Source: Acidobacteriota bacterium (GTDB lineage: Bacteria; Acidobacteriota; Terriglobia; Terriglobales; Acidobacteriaceae). From it: DNA of 64,000 nt. The first letter of the stretch is position 1, and the number at the start of each line of letters is the position of its first letter. The translations under genes were made by a program, and so were the position numbers. The notes beneath the pieces were generated by a model. The model was not told where the DNA came from, searched no databases, and saw only the letters and a list, made by a program, of their open reading frames with translations. The stretch covers positions 73,551 through 137,550 of the forward strand of contig JAJXWS010000001.1 of NCBI GenBank assembly GCA_021781495.1. Direction: 5' to 3'. Shown here in pieces: positions 18,407 to 26,955 of this stretch.

Positions 18407-19291
18407 ATGAATAAGAAATTGCCTGCTGCTGTAATGCTGCTCAGCATGTTGCCGTATGCAACAGCGGGAACATCCGCAATCGGCACCGCCAGTGCGCGGG
18501 GCGATATGCGCGTGGATGGCTACAGCGTGAAGGGCGATGCAACGCTCTTTAACGGATCCGTGGTTGAGAGCGGACAAGCCTCCGTGGCGCTGCGCCTGAG
18601 CAAAGGCGGCGAGGCCAAGCTTGCCACTGACTCGCGCGGAGCCTTCTACAGCGACCGGATGGTGTTGCAGCACGGCTCCACGGAGTGGACGCCCGCAAGC
18701 AACTACGCGGTCAACGCCGATGGCCTGCTCGTGGCTCCGGATGCGCCGCATTCGCGCGGCGTGGTCTCCGTCAGCAAGGCAAACACCGTTGAAGTGGCCG
18801 CGCTGACCGGCGGATTCCGCGTGAGCGACAGCCGCGGACTGCTCCTGGCCCACGTCACTCCCGGACATGCACTGTCGTTCGGCTCCCTGCAGGCCGCCAC
18901 TGAGGGCTCCTATCAGGTCACGGCAACCGGCGCATTCACTGAGTCGGCAGGGCACTACTACCTGAAGACAACAGATACGGGCATGCTCTACGAAGTGCAG
19001 GGAAGCAACCTCCAGAACCTCGTCGGCAAGACGGTCACGGTTAGCGGCACCCTCGATCCCAACATTCAGCCCGCTGGCGGAGCCTCTTCCGTCATCACTG
19101 CCAGCGGCACCAGCGCGCAAACGCCCGCCGCGCAGGGCTCTTCTTCGCAGGCCCCGCAGCCCGCCGCCACCCAGGGCGGATTGTCCAACCGGAAGAAGCT
19201 GATCATCGGCGGAATCATCGTGGGCGGAGCAACCGGCCTGGCCCTTGGCCTGTATGAAGCCAACGAGTCCTCAACCCCCGCGAGCCGCTAA
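18407..19291 (+). CDS. Secreted beta-rich hypothetical protein with Ala/Gln/Ser/Pro linker and C-terminal Gly-rich hydrophobic tail
   Basis: ATG 18407 after GGAG; signal peptide MNKKLPAAVMLLSMLPYATA; tail KKLIIGGIIVGGATGLALGLY; followed by an intrinsic terminator. Confidence 0.75.
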   Translation: MNKKLPAAVMLLSMLPYATAGTSAIGTASARGDMRVDGYSVKGDATLFNGSVVESGQASVALRLSKGGEAKLATDSRGAFYSDRMVLQHGSTEWTPASNYAVNADGLLVAPDAPHSRGVVSVSKANTVEVAALTGGFRVSDSRGLLLAHVTPGHALSFGSLQAATEGSYQVTATGAFTESAGHYYLKTTDTGMLYEVQGSNLQNLVGKTVTVSGTLDPNIQPAGGASSVITASGTSAQTPAAQGSSSQAPQPAATQGGLSNRKKLIIGGIIVGGATGLALGLYEANESSTPASR

Positions 19292-19319
19292 ACACAGCGA
19301 ACCGAATCCGCAGTCACAC

Positions 19320-19357
19320 AAAATCCCCGGTAGCGCACACGCGCTGCCGGGGATTTT
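19320..19357. terminator. Bidirectional intrinsic terminator between convergent genes
   Basis: AAAATCCCCGGTAGCGC-acac-GCGCTGCCGGGGATTTT inverted repeat with A/T tails. Confidence 0.8.
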
Positions 19358-19448
19358 CATTGCGGCAAGTCAGCGCCCTTGGTGCGCTGCGGCGTGCTGC
19401 CGCGCGCATTGGTTATCGTCGCAGCCGGTAGCCCACAAAAAACTGTCT

Positions 19449-20003
19449 TTAGCGATTCAACTGCGCAGAACTGGTGGAATAGGAATCTCGCGTGGACTCC
19501 ACCATCTTCCGGATGACTTCCAAGTCACGTAACTCCGTCTGCACTGAGAAGTAGTGATCCGTGGCAGAGAGTGCAATGACCACGCTGCAGTGTGGCCGCA
19601 GATCCGTCACCACGCCCTCCCTGCCCTCAAAGAGGCCGCGCGTTAGCCGCACGCGGGTTCCAACGCTGATGCGCGGATGGGGACGCAGCTGGTAGCCGCC
19701 GGCCAGTGCCGCGCGGATTCGCTCAATCTCGGCGCTGTCCACCATATCGGCCTTCGACCTGCCCAGCAGCCGCAGCGTTCCCGGCGCAGAGATCACGGCA
19801 ATTCTCGACTCCGGGCTGAAGCGCACAAAGATGTACCCCGGAAACAGCGGCCGTTCCACGATAACCGTGCGGTCACTCCAGCGCGAGCGCTCCGTATAGA
19901 GCGGGAGATAGTGGTCGAGCGATCTGGTCTGAAGCTGTTTGGCAACTTTCTTTTCGTGATTAGCAACGACCTGCAAGACGCGCCACGGCTCATCAGCAGA
20001 CAT
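19449..20003 (-). CDS. NusG paralogue, UpxY/LoaP-type transcription antiterminator
   Basis: Start moved to ATG 20003; W.VL.V..NHEKKV...L, YLPLY...SRWSDR.V.VERPLFPGYIFVRF; KOW-like VGTRVRLTRGLFEGREG. Confidence 0.88.
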   Translation of the reverse strand: MSADEPWRVLQVVANHEKKVAKQLQTRSLDHYLPLYTERSRWSDRTVIVERPLFPGYIFVRFSPESRIAVISAPGTLRLLGRSKADMVDSAEIERIRAALAGGYQLRPHPRISVGTRVRLTRGLFEGREGVVTDLRPHCSVVIALSATDHYFSVQTELRDLEVIRKMVESTRDSYSTSSAQLNR

Positions 20004-20387
20004 AGAATGTCCCATCCTGGGCAAGGCAAAATTGGCAAGAAGCAGTCACGGCGTCGTGCAGGAAATCGCCGAACTATCTGAGGAGTTCCAATCCGGCCGG
20101 AATCGTTCCCGTAGCCGAATGCAGTTGTGTGCAGGGGCCCGACTTAATACGGATTAGAGAGGAGCAGTTTCGGATCTGCAAGTCCTCTAAGGTTGTAGAC
20201 CTTTTGTTCCTGAATCCGTCTGCCGCTGACCCATCCATCCCTCAAGGGTAGTTTTTGACTGCCATGAGCTGAGTATATCTCGCGGTCGCGCGCGGTCGTG
20301 CCGGCCCCCGGTGAATCCTTGTTGAAAACCGGCATCCGGCCCCGCCTCTGTTCTCAAACAGTACAGGCAGGGCCCTTCCACGCCGCG

Positions 20388-22859
20388 TCACATCGGCAAC
20401 GCTGCCTGGTACTCCGGTACCACACCCAGAGACTCCAGCGCCCCTGCCTGTCCGTTCCGGAATGTGGGAGCCATGCCCGGCTCAAAGAAGATGGCAGCCT
20501 TCGGGCTCAGCGGCAGAATCTGCAGCAGGAAGCCGCCCGCATTCTCCCCGGCAAGAAAGCGCTTCAGCCCGATGCGCCACGGCTTGCCGTTGTAGAAGTC
20601 GTCTGCCAGCAGATGCTCTCCGCTCAGCAGGCGCGCCTCGTCTCCCTGGTAGCGAACCGTGAGATACGCGTCGCTCAGCCCCTGCATCGCATCCTTCGGA
20701 AGCGTTACGCGCCACTGGGCAGCATCCGCAAAGCTCGCCTCATCCGGAGCCATGGCCACCGTGTGCGATCTCCACGCAAAGCTGGGGCCAAGCAACGGCT
20801 CGGGCGCCTTGCCAAAGCCGCGCGCCTGCTCCACGCCAAGCGCAATCTTCTTCCGCGGTGTCTGCAGGTGAACATGCCGGAACAGCGGCTGCATTGCTGC
20901 GGTGCGGGCATGGCCGGGCGCAGGCTCAAACACCTCCGCGTCAAATTCGTTCTCGCCCATCTGCCGCAGCAGCACGCGGCCACCCTCGCTGAAGACCTGC
21001 GCATGCGTCAGCAGCAGCCGGGGCTGCCCGGCCACGGAGACGCGCCACAGATTCTTCGCATCCTGCGCGCTCAGCACCACCACGTGCGTCACGCCCTGCC
21101 TGCCGTGCACGGTCAGAGCAACCTCCCGCGCCGGCGCCACATTCTCCAGCCGCACAAGGCCATCGGCCTGCGTTACAGCGTGCCCCCCGGCCTGCACTGC
21201 GCCGCGATCCTCCGCCGGAAACGCAAACTCCACCGGGATGCCGTCCGTAGCCGCGAAGAAAACAAAGTCCTCTCCGTTGGCGCGCGTCTTCAGGACCGGC
21301 TGCGCCGTGGCGTAGCGCAGGGGAACGCCGCCCAGGTCCAGGTTCACCGGCCAGTAGAAGTAGCTGTCCGCGGGCAACGTAACAGGGTGGGCCGGCACCA
21401 GTATCGTTCCCTGCGGCGCATGAATCTCAAACTGCGTTGCCGGCCACGCGGGCATCTGGTACTCGCGCACGTGGTTGTTCACAAACAGAAACCCTCTCTC
21501 CCCCTGCATGCGCAGCGACGCGCGCGGCACCGACATATCCGCCGGGCTGCCCGGACGCGGCGCCGGCGCAATCACCCGCATAGGCGCAAGCTGCGCGCCA
21601 AAGTCCTGCAAAAAGTAGTGGTAGAGCTTCAGCTCGCGCAGGCTCGCGCGCATCTGGCCAAACTCGCCCAGCGGCGCCTGAAAGTCGTAGCTTTTCACCG
21701 GCAGGTCATTGGGATAGTTCGTCCGCTGCGACTCCTGCAACGTGCTCAGCTTGCCATCCGGATTCTCTCCGCCGTGATACATGTAGTACCCCAGCAGGTT
21801 TGCCCCCGAGCCGAGAATCACCGGAATCATCGCATCAATATCGTCCGCCGTCAGCACCGGCCTGCGGTGATAGGTATCCTGCATCCCGCCGCCAATCTCC
21901 GCGGTCAGGAAGGGAACCCGGCTGCGCAGGTTGTCCTGCTGCCGCTCCCCGGCGGTATGCACTGCGCTCGCTTCCGTCACCGGCATGGCGCCCATGTTGC
22001 TTGCCACCCGGCTCGCAAACCGAAACGCATACACCTCGCTGGGCGGCAGCTCAGTGCGGCTCTCGCCCCACGGCGCATCCGGATACCCGCCATACACCGG
22101 CAGAAACAGGTCGTCCGGAACCGTAGCGTTGTCCCATCCCGTCACCGTGTACAGCGGCACATCCAGTCCGTTCTCCTGTGCCATCCGCTTCAGCGTGGCC
22201 AGGTGTTCGCGTCCCTGCCCGGGGCCGCGCTGCGAGTATTCGTTCTCAATCTGAATACCGATCACCGGGCCGCCGTCCTTCCACAGCAGCCCCTTCAGTT
22301 GCTCGCCAATCTGCGCGTAGAACTGTCGCACCTCGGCCAGATAAACCGGGTTGTTCGACCGCACGGCACTGTTCTTCAGCACCCAGTCCGGCAGCCCTCC
22401 GTTGCGCGCCTCGCCATGCGCCCACGGACCGATGCGCGGATACAGCAGCATGCCGTGCTTCGCGCACAGCTCGGCAAACTTGCGCAGATCGTTCTGCCCG
22501 CTCCAGTCAAACCGGCCTTCCACCTCCTCCACGTGCAGCCAGAAGACATACGTGGCGATGACCTGCACGCCGCTGGCCTTCATCTTCAGGATCTCTTCCT
22601 CCCAGTAGGCCTCGGGATAGCGCGAGAAGTGGAACTCGCCCATCACCGGGATCCACGGCTTGCCGTTTCGGGTCAGATACTGGCTGTTGACCGCGAGCAC
22701 CTCGCCGTCCGGCGCGCGGTTCGTGCCCAGTTGCGTGGGCACAGGCTGCGGAGCGGGCGCGGGAGCCGTTGCGTTGAAGAGGAGCCGGTGTGCCTGGGGC
22801 TGCGCTACGGCGCTGAGAGGAATGCCTAGAAAAATGAGGAGGCCGAAAATGCGGCGCAT
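20388..22859 (-). CDS. GH35 beta-galactosidase
   Basis: Signal peptide; GKPWIPVMGEFHFSRYP..YWEEEILKMKASG, TYVFWLHVEE.EG.FDWSG, GGPVIGIQIENEY, YYMYHGGEN. Confidence 0.9.
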   Translation of the reverse strand: MRRIFGLLIFLGIPLSAVAQPQAHRLLFNATAPAPAPQPVPTQLGTNRAPDGEVLAVNSQYLTRNGKPWIPVMGEFHFSRYPEAYWEEEILKMKASGVQVIATYVFWLHVEEVEGRFDWSGQNDLRKFAELCAKHGMLLYPRIGPWAHGEARNGGLPDWVLKNSAVRSNNPVYLAEVRQFYAQIGEQLKGLLWKDGGPVIGIQIENEYSQRGPGQGREHLATLKRMAQENGLDVPLYTVTGWDNATVPDDLFLPVYGGYPDAPWGESRTELPPSEVYAFRFASRVASNMGAMPVTEASAVHTAGERQQDNLRSRVPFLTAEIGGGMQDTYHRRPVLTADDIDAMIPVILGSGANLLGYYMYHGGENPDGKLSTLQESQRTNYPNDLPVKSYDFQAPLGEFGQMRASLRELKLYHYFLQDFGAQLAPMRVIAPAPRPGSPADMSVPRASLRMQGERGFLFVNNHVREYQMPAWPATQFEIHAPQGTILVPAHPVTLPADSYFYWPVNLDLGGVPLRYATAQPVLKTRANGEDFVFFAATDGIPVEFAFPAEDRGAVQAGGHAVTQADGLVRLENVAPAREVALTVHGRQGVTHVVVLSAQDAKNLWRVSVAGQPRLLLTHAQVFSEGGRVLLRQMGENEFDAEVFEPAPGHARTAAMQPLFRHVHLQTPRKKIALGVEQARGFGKAPEPLLGPSFAWRSHTVAMAPDEASFADAAQWRVTLPKDAMQGLSDAYLTVRYQGDEARLLSGEHLLADDFYNGKPWRIGLKRFLAGENAGGFLLQILPLSPKAAIFFEPGMAPTFRNGQAGALESLGVVPEYQAALPM

Positions 22860-23085
22860 AACCAGAAAGGCCTTTCAGGATTTGGAGTGCAAGGCCCGCG
22901 CAACATGGTTCCCCGCAGGGGCCTTTTCATCCCTGCAAAGCATGCTATGCCTTCGCATACGCGTCTCGAATCGGCTGAAAGACGGATTGGAAATAAATTC
23001 TTGCAGCCGGTGTGTTGTTGGCCTATGCCGGCCTAATCCGCGCATCTGCACTCGCTCGAAAGATACCGCACGAATGACGAGCCGA

Positions 23086-23706
23086 CTAAAGATGGATCAG
23101 GCCGCGCTGCAGGGCATTCACCACCGCCTGCGTACGGTCGCTGGCGTTCAGGCGCATCAGAATCACGCTTACGTGGCACTTTACCGTGGCCTCGGTAATG
23201 CCAAGGTCGGCGGCAATCTCCTTGTTCGATTTGCCCTTCGCCACCAGCGCCAGCACCTCGCGTTCGCGCGCGCTCAGGCTGGAGTCCGGCGTGCGCGCCG
23301 CCAGCGCCTGCGACATCGGCGGCGGCAGATACCGTCCTCCGGTGTGCACCTTGCGCACCGCGTTCACCAGCATCTCCTGCGGCAGGCCCTTCACCAGGTA
23401 GCCGCTCGCTCCGGCCTCCATGGCCTGGTGGATATCCTCATCGCCTTCGTAGGTGGTCAGCACAATAAAGCGCGCCGCCGGTGCCTGTGCGCGGATGCGC
23501 CGGATCGTCTCCACGCCGCTGATGCCCGGCAGCCGCAGGTCCATCAGTGTAACGTCCGGCAGCAGCCGCTTATGCTGCTCAAGCGCCTCTTCGCCCGTTC
23601 CAGCCTGGCCCACCACTTCCATTTCTTTTGAGGAGGCAATCAGCGCGGCAACGCCAACCCGCATGATCGGGTGATCGTCCACAATGAGGATGCGAATGGG
23701 CTTCAT
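23086..23706 (-). CDS. NarL/LuxR-family response regulator
   Basis: IRILIVDDH, LMDLRLP, GYLVK, LSAREREVLALVAKGKSNKEIA. Confidence 0.93.
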   Translation of the reverse strand: MKPIRILIVDDHPIMRVGVAALIASSKEMEVVGQAGTGEEALEQHKRLLPDVTLMDLRLPGISGVETIRRIRAQAPAARFIVLTTYEGDEDIHQAMEAGASGYLVKGLPQEMLVNAVRKVHTGGRYLPPPMSQALAARTPDSSLSAREREVLALVAKGKSNKEIAADLGITEATVKCHVSVILMRLNASDRTQAVVNALQRGLIHL

Positions 23707-23746
23707 CGGCGTAACGGTTGATTATAGTGGCGGCTGGACAAGCCTG

Positions 23747-26700
23747 TCAGCCGCGCAGCGCCTGCTTCAGCGTCGATTCCGAAGCCGCCGCCGCGCCCGC
23801 CCGCCGCACCCGCACCGTCACCCGCGTGCCGCGGCCGGGCTGGCTGGCAATCGCAAGCTGGCCGCCGATCTTGTTCACGCGCTCCCGCATGCCCTGCATG
23901 CCATAGTGGCCATCCTCGGGCTGTAGCGTCGTGTCAAAGCCCTTGCCGTCATCCACCAGCCGCATCTCCAGCGCATCGTCGCTAAAGTCCAGCTCCGCGT
24001 TGATCTGCTCCGGATGCCCATGCAGCACCGCGTTGAAGAGCGCCTCCCGCGCCACCATCATCAGCTCGTGCGTCTCCTGCTGCCCCAGCGGAAACACACT
24101 CCCCGTCGTACTGCATCGGACTTCGACGGCATACTCGCGACTCAGCCGCGCCGCCATCTGCTTCAGTCCGCTGCTCAGGTCGGTCGGCGCCTGCTCCCCG
24201 GCGCGCAGGTTCCACACCGCCTGCCGCGCCTCGTCCATCGTGGCGCGAATCTGCGTGTTGGCGTAGTCAATCAAATGCAGTCGCGACTCCGTGTCGTCCC
24301 GGTCGCAACTGGCCGCCGCCTCCAGCATGGCAGAGATGCTGGCGCAGCCCTGGATCAGCGTGTCGTGCATCTCGCGCGCCAGCCGCGAGCGCTCTGCCAG
24401 CACCGCCTGGTAGCGCCCGTGCACCTGCTTCATGCGCACTTGATACACCAGCGCCGACAACAGGCCCAGCAGGATGGCGCAGATGGCGATGAACCACGGC
24501 GTGCGATAGAAGTACGGCTTCTTCACCAGCTTCACGCTGGCCTCCATCACATGCTCGGGATGGTTCATCTCCCACGCCTGCACCCGGAACGTAAACCGCC
24601 CCGCCGGCAGATTCGTGTACGTCGCCGAGCGCCCCTGCGAGTCCGCAAAGGTCCAGTCGTTGTCAAAGCCCTCCATCCGATACCGGAACTGCAGATCCTC
24701 CTGTGAGCGCAGCATCACGGGCTCATACCGGAACTCAATGCGCGACGCACCCGCGCCCAGATGCAGCTCCGCCGCAACCGGCACCGCCTTGCCATCCACC
24801 GTAATCGCGTCAAAGCCCACCCGCGACAGCACCGAAGGCTCATCCTCCGTGGGACGAATGCTCCATAGCCCGCCGTTGGTGGGGAACCACACCTCGCCGC
24901 TCTTCGCAATCACGCCCGAGGGCTGCGTGCCGCCATAGAAGAGCGTGGATTTCTCGCCCGTATCCGCGCGATACAGCCGCAGCCGCAGCCGCTCCTCGCG
25001 CCCATCGGCCAGTGCATCCAGCTGCGCGCGATTCAGCAGCATCACGCCCAGCGGGCTGCTCAGCCAGAAGTGCTTTCGGGCGTCCTCAAGAATGCAGAGG
25101 ATGCTGTTGCTCGCCAGTCCGCTCGCCGTCGTGTAGTGCGTCAGCCTGCCGTTGCGATAGCGATACAGTCCGTCGCTGCGCGTGCCAAACCACAACCCGC
25201 CGTCGGCGTCCTCGTGCAGCGCCCACACCTTCTCATCCTTCAGCGCATCGGTCACGGCGTCGTGCAGCACCTGTCCGTTGCGCAGATGGCTCAACCCGCG
25301 CTCCGTGCCAATCCAGATGTCGCCGTTGCGGTCTTCCAGCAGCGAGCGGATGCTGAAGTACACCAGCCCGCTGTCCATCGTCATGTTATGAAAGCCCGAC
25401 CGGTCCAGGTGGCTGATGCCCGAGTCCGTGCCGATCCACAACGTGCCGTCGCGCGCCTCCAGGATGCCGCGCACAAAGTTGTTCACCAGCCCGTTGCTGG
25501 TCATGTAGTGCTCGGTGCCCCGCGCCGTCACCCGATAGATGCCGCTGCCATCGGTGCCCACCCACAGCGCGCCGTCGCGCGCGCGCAGCACATTGCGCAC
25601 ATGCACGTTGTCCACGCCGGGCAGCCGCGCGGCCTGCACGCGCTCTCCCTGGATGTGCACCAGCTCATTCGACGCCGCCCACAGGCTGCCGTCCGTGTCC
25701 ATTGAGACTGTGCCGAAATCCGAGTCCGCCGCCGCCGGCAGCTCCAGCACGTGTACCGGCGTGGGGCTCAGCCGCACCATGCCGATCTGCGTGCCGATCC
25801 ACACGTCGTTCCGGTCATCGGCAAAGATGGAGAGCACTGTGTTGCTCACCAGCGGCGACGGAGTGGTCAGCCGAGCCACGTCGCTGCCCGCCTCGGCATA
25901 GTGAATGCGAAAGATGCCCTCGCCGATGGTGCCCGCCCACAGCTCGCCACTGCCCACCTGGCGCAGCGTGCGCACCGTGCCGAACACGCCCGGCACGCGC
26001 TCAAAGCGCGAGCTGCCCGGCCGCAGCCGGAACAGCCCCGACACCGTGCCCACCCAGATCGAGTTATCGCTGGTCTCCAGAATCGACTTCACGCGATGCT
26101 GGCTCTCCGTCCCCTCCAGCGTGTACTCCGTAGGAACGCCGTTCGCAATGGCGTACAGCCGGCCCGCGCCCGCCCACACCCGCCCCAGATGATCCTGCGT
26201 AATGCCGTGAAACTGATTCGCGGGCATCCCCGGCCGGTCATCGATGCGAGTTGCCTTGCCGTTTGTCACGCGAAACAGGCCGCTATCCGTGGCCACCCAC
26301 ACCGCGCCGTCCCGGTCCTGCAGCAACGCGCGCACAAACACATCGGTCAGCCCGTCCCTCGCCGTATAGGTGCGAAAGACACCGTCGTGCATCTCCACCA
26401 GTCCGCCGCCATCGGTGCCAATCCACAAGTGCCCGTCGCGCGTGGTCAGCAGGCAGAAGACGCTGTTCTCCTGCAACTCCGGCGTATTCTCATGCGAGTA
26501 CACCTGAAAATGTGCGCCATCAAACCGCAGCAGCCCTTCCGTGGTGCCAATCCACAGATAACCGTCCGGCGTTTGCGCAAAGGCTTGCACCGTCTCTCCC
26601 GGCAGGCCATCCTGCGACTGCCACGAGCGCGCCGTAAAGTTCAGCTCGCCGCTCAGCGAGGCGGCAGGCTTTGCGCCCGGACGCACCGACGCCGCAAGAC

Positions 26701-26761
26701 ATGCCGGCAGCGCGACACACGCCAGCGCGCACAAGAGCACGCCGGCAAGCGCCTGCTGCAT
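23747..26761 (-). CDS. Sensor histidine kinase with beta-propeller (Reg_prop) repeats, Y_Y_Y domain and HisKA_3 kinase
   Basis: Repeated D..G.LWIGT..GL units; FRYRMEGFDNDW...YTNLPAGRFTFRVQA (Y_Y_Y); TM; ERSRLAREMHDTLIQG; DDGKGF; HYGMQGMRER. Confidence 0.92.
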   Translation of the reverse strand: MQQALAGVLLCALACVALPACLAASVRPGAKPAASLSGELNFTARSWQSQDGLPGETVQAFAQTPDGYLWIGTTEGLLRFDGAHFQVYSHENTPELQENSVFCLLTTRDGHLWIGTDGGGLVEMHDGVFRTYTARDGLTDVFVRALLQDRDGAVWVATDSGLFRVTNGKATRIDDRPGMPANQFHGITQDHLGRVWAGAGRLYAIANGVPTEYTLEGTESQHRVKSILETSDNSIWVGTVSGLFRLRPGSSRFERVPGVFGTVRTLRQVGSGELWAGTIGEGIFRIHYAEAGSDVARLTTPSPLVSNTVLSIFADDRNDVWIGTQIGMVRLSPTPVHVLELPAAADSDFGTVSMDTDGSLWAASNELVHIQGERVQAARLPGVDNVHVRNVLRARDGALWVGTDGSGIYRVTARGTEHYMTSNGLVNNFVRGILEARDGTLWIGTDSGISHLDRSGFHNMTMDSGLVYFSIRSLLEDRNGDIWIGTERGLSHLRNGQVLHDAVTDALKDEKVWALHEDADGGLWFGTRSDGLYRYRNGRLTHYTTASGLASNSILCILEDARKHFWLSSPLGVMLLNRAQLDALADGREERLRLRLYRADTGEKSTLFYGGTQPSGVIAKSGEVWFPTNGGLWSIRPTEDEPSVLSRVGFDAITVDGKAVPVAAELHLGAGASRIEFRYEPVMLRSQEDLQFRYRMEGFDNDWTFADSQGRSATYTNLPAGRFTFRVQAWEMNHPEHVMEASVKLVKKPYFYRTPWFIAICAILLGLLSALVYQVRMKQVHGRYQAVLAERSRLAREMHDTLIQGCASISAMLEAAASCDRDDTESRLHLIDYANTQIRATMDEARQAVWNLRAGEQAPTDLSSGLKQMAARLSREYAVEVRCSTTGSVFPLGQQETHELMMVAREALFNAVLHGHPEQINAELDFSDDALEMRLVDDGKGFDTTLQPEDGHYGMQGMRERVNKIGGQLAIASQPGRGTRVTVRVRRAGAAAASESTLKQALRG

Positions 26762-26904
26762 CCGAAACAAGGCTGTGGGATGTGGTGACGGCTTCAGGTC
26801 AGCCTCCCGGTGCTGTCTCTGCTCGTGCAGCGCGCACCCGGTCTATCCTCATCTTCGCTCACGGTACAGGCCCTGACAACTCGCCGTCGTGCGCGTACAA
26901 AGAA

Positions 26905-26940
26905 GCAGGCCCGGCCGCCGGGATGCGCGGTCGGGCCTGC
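26905..26940 (-). terminator. Terminator-like hairpin downstream of TonB receptor 2
   Basis: GCAGGCCCGGCCGC...GCGGTCGGGCCTGC stem followed on the minus strand by TTCTTT. Confidence 0.55.
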
Positions 26941-26955
26941 ATGGTTCCGTGGTGG

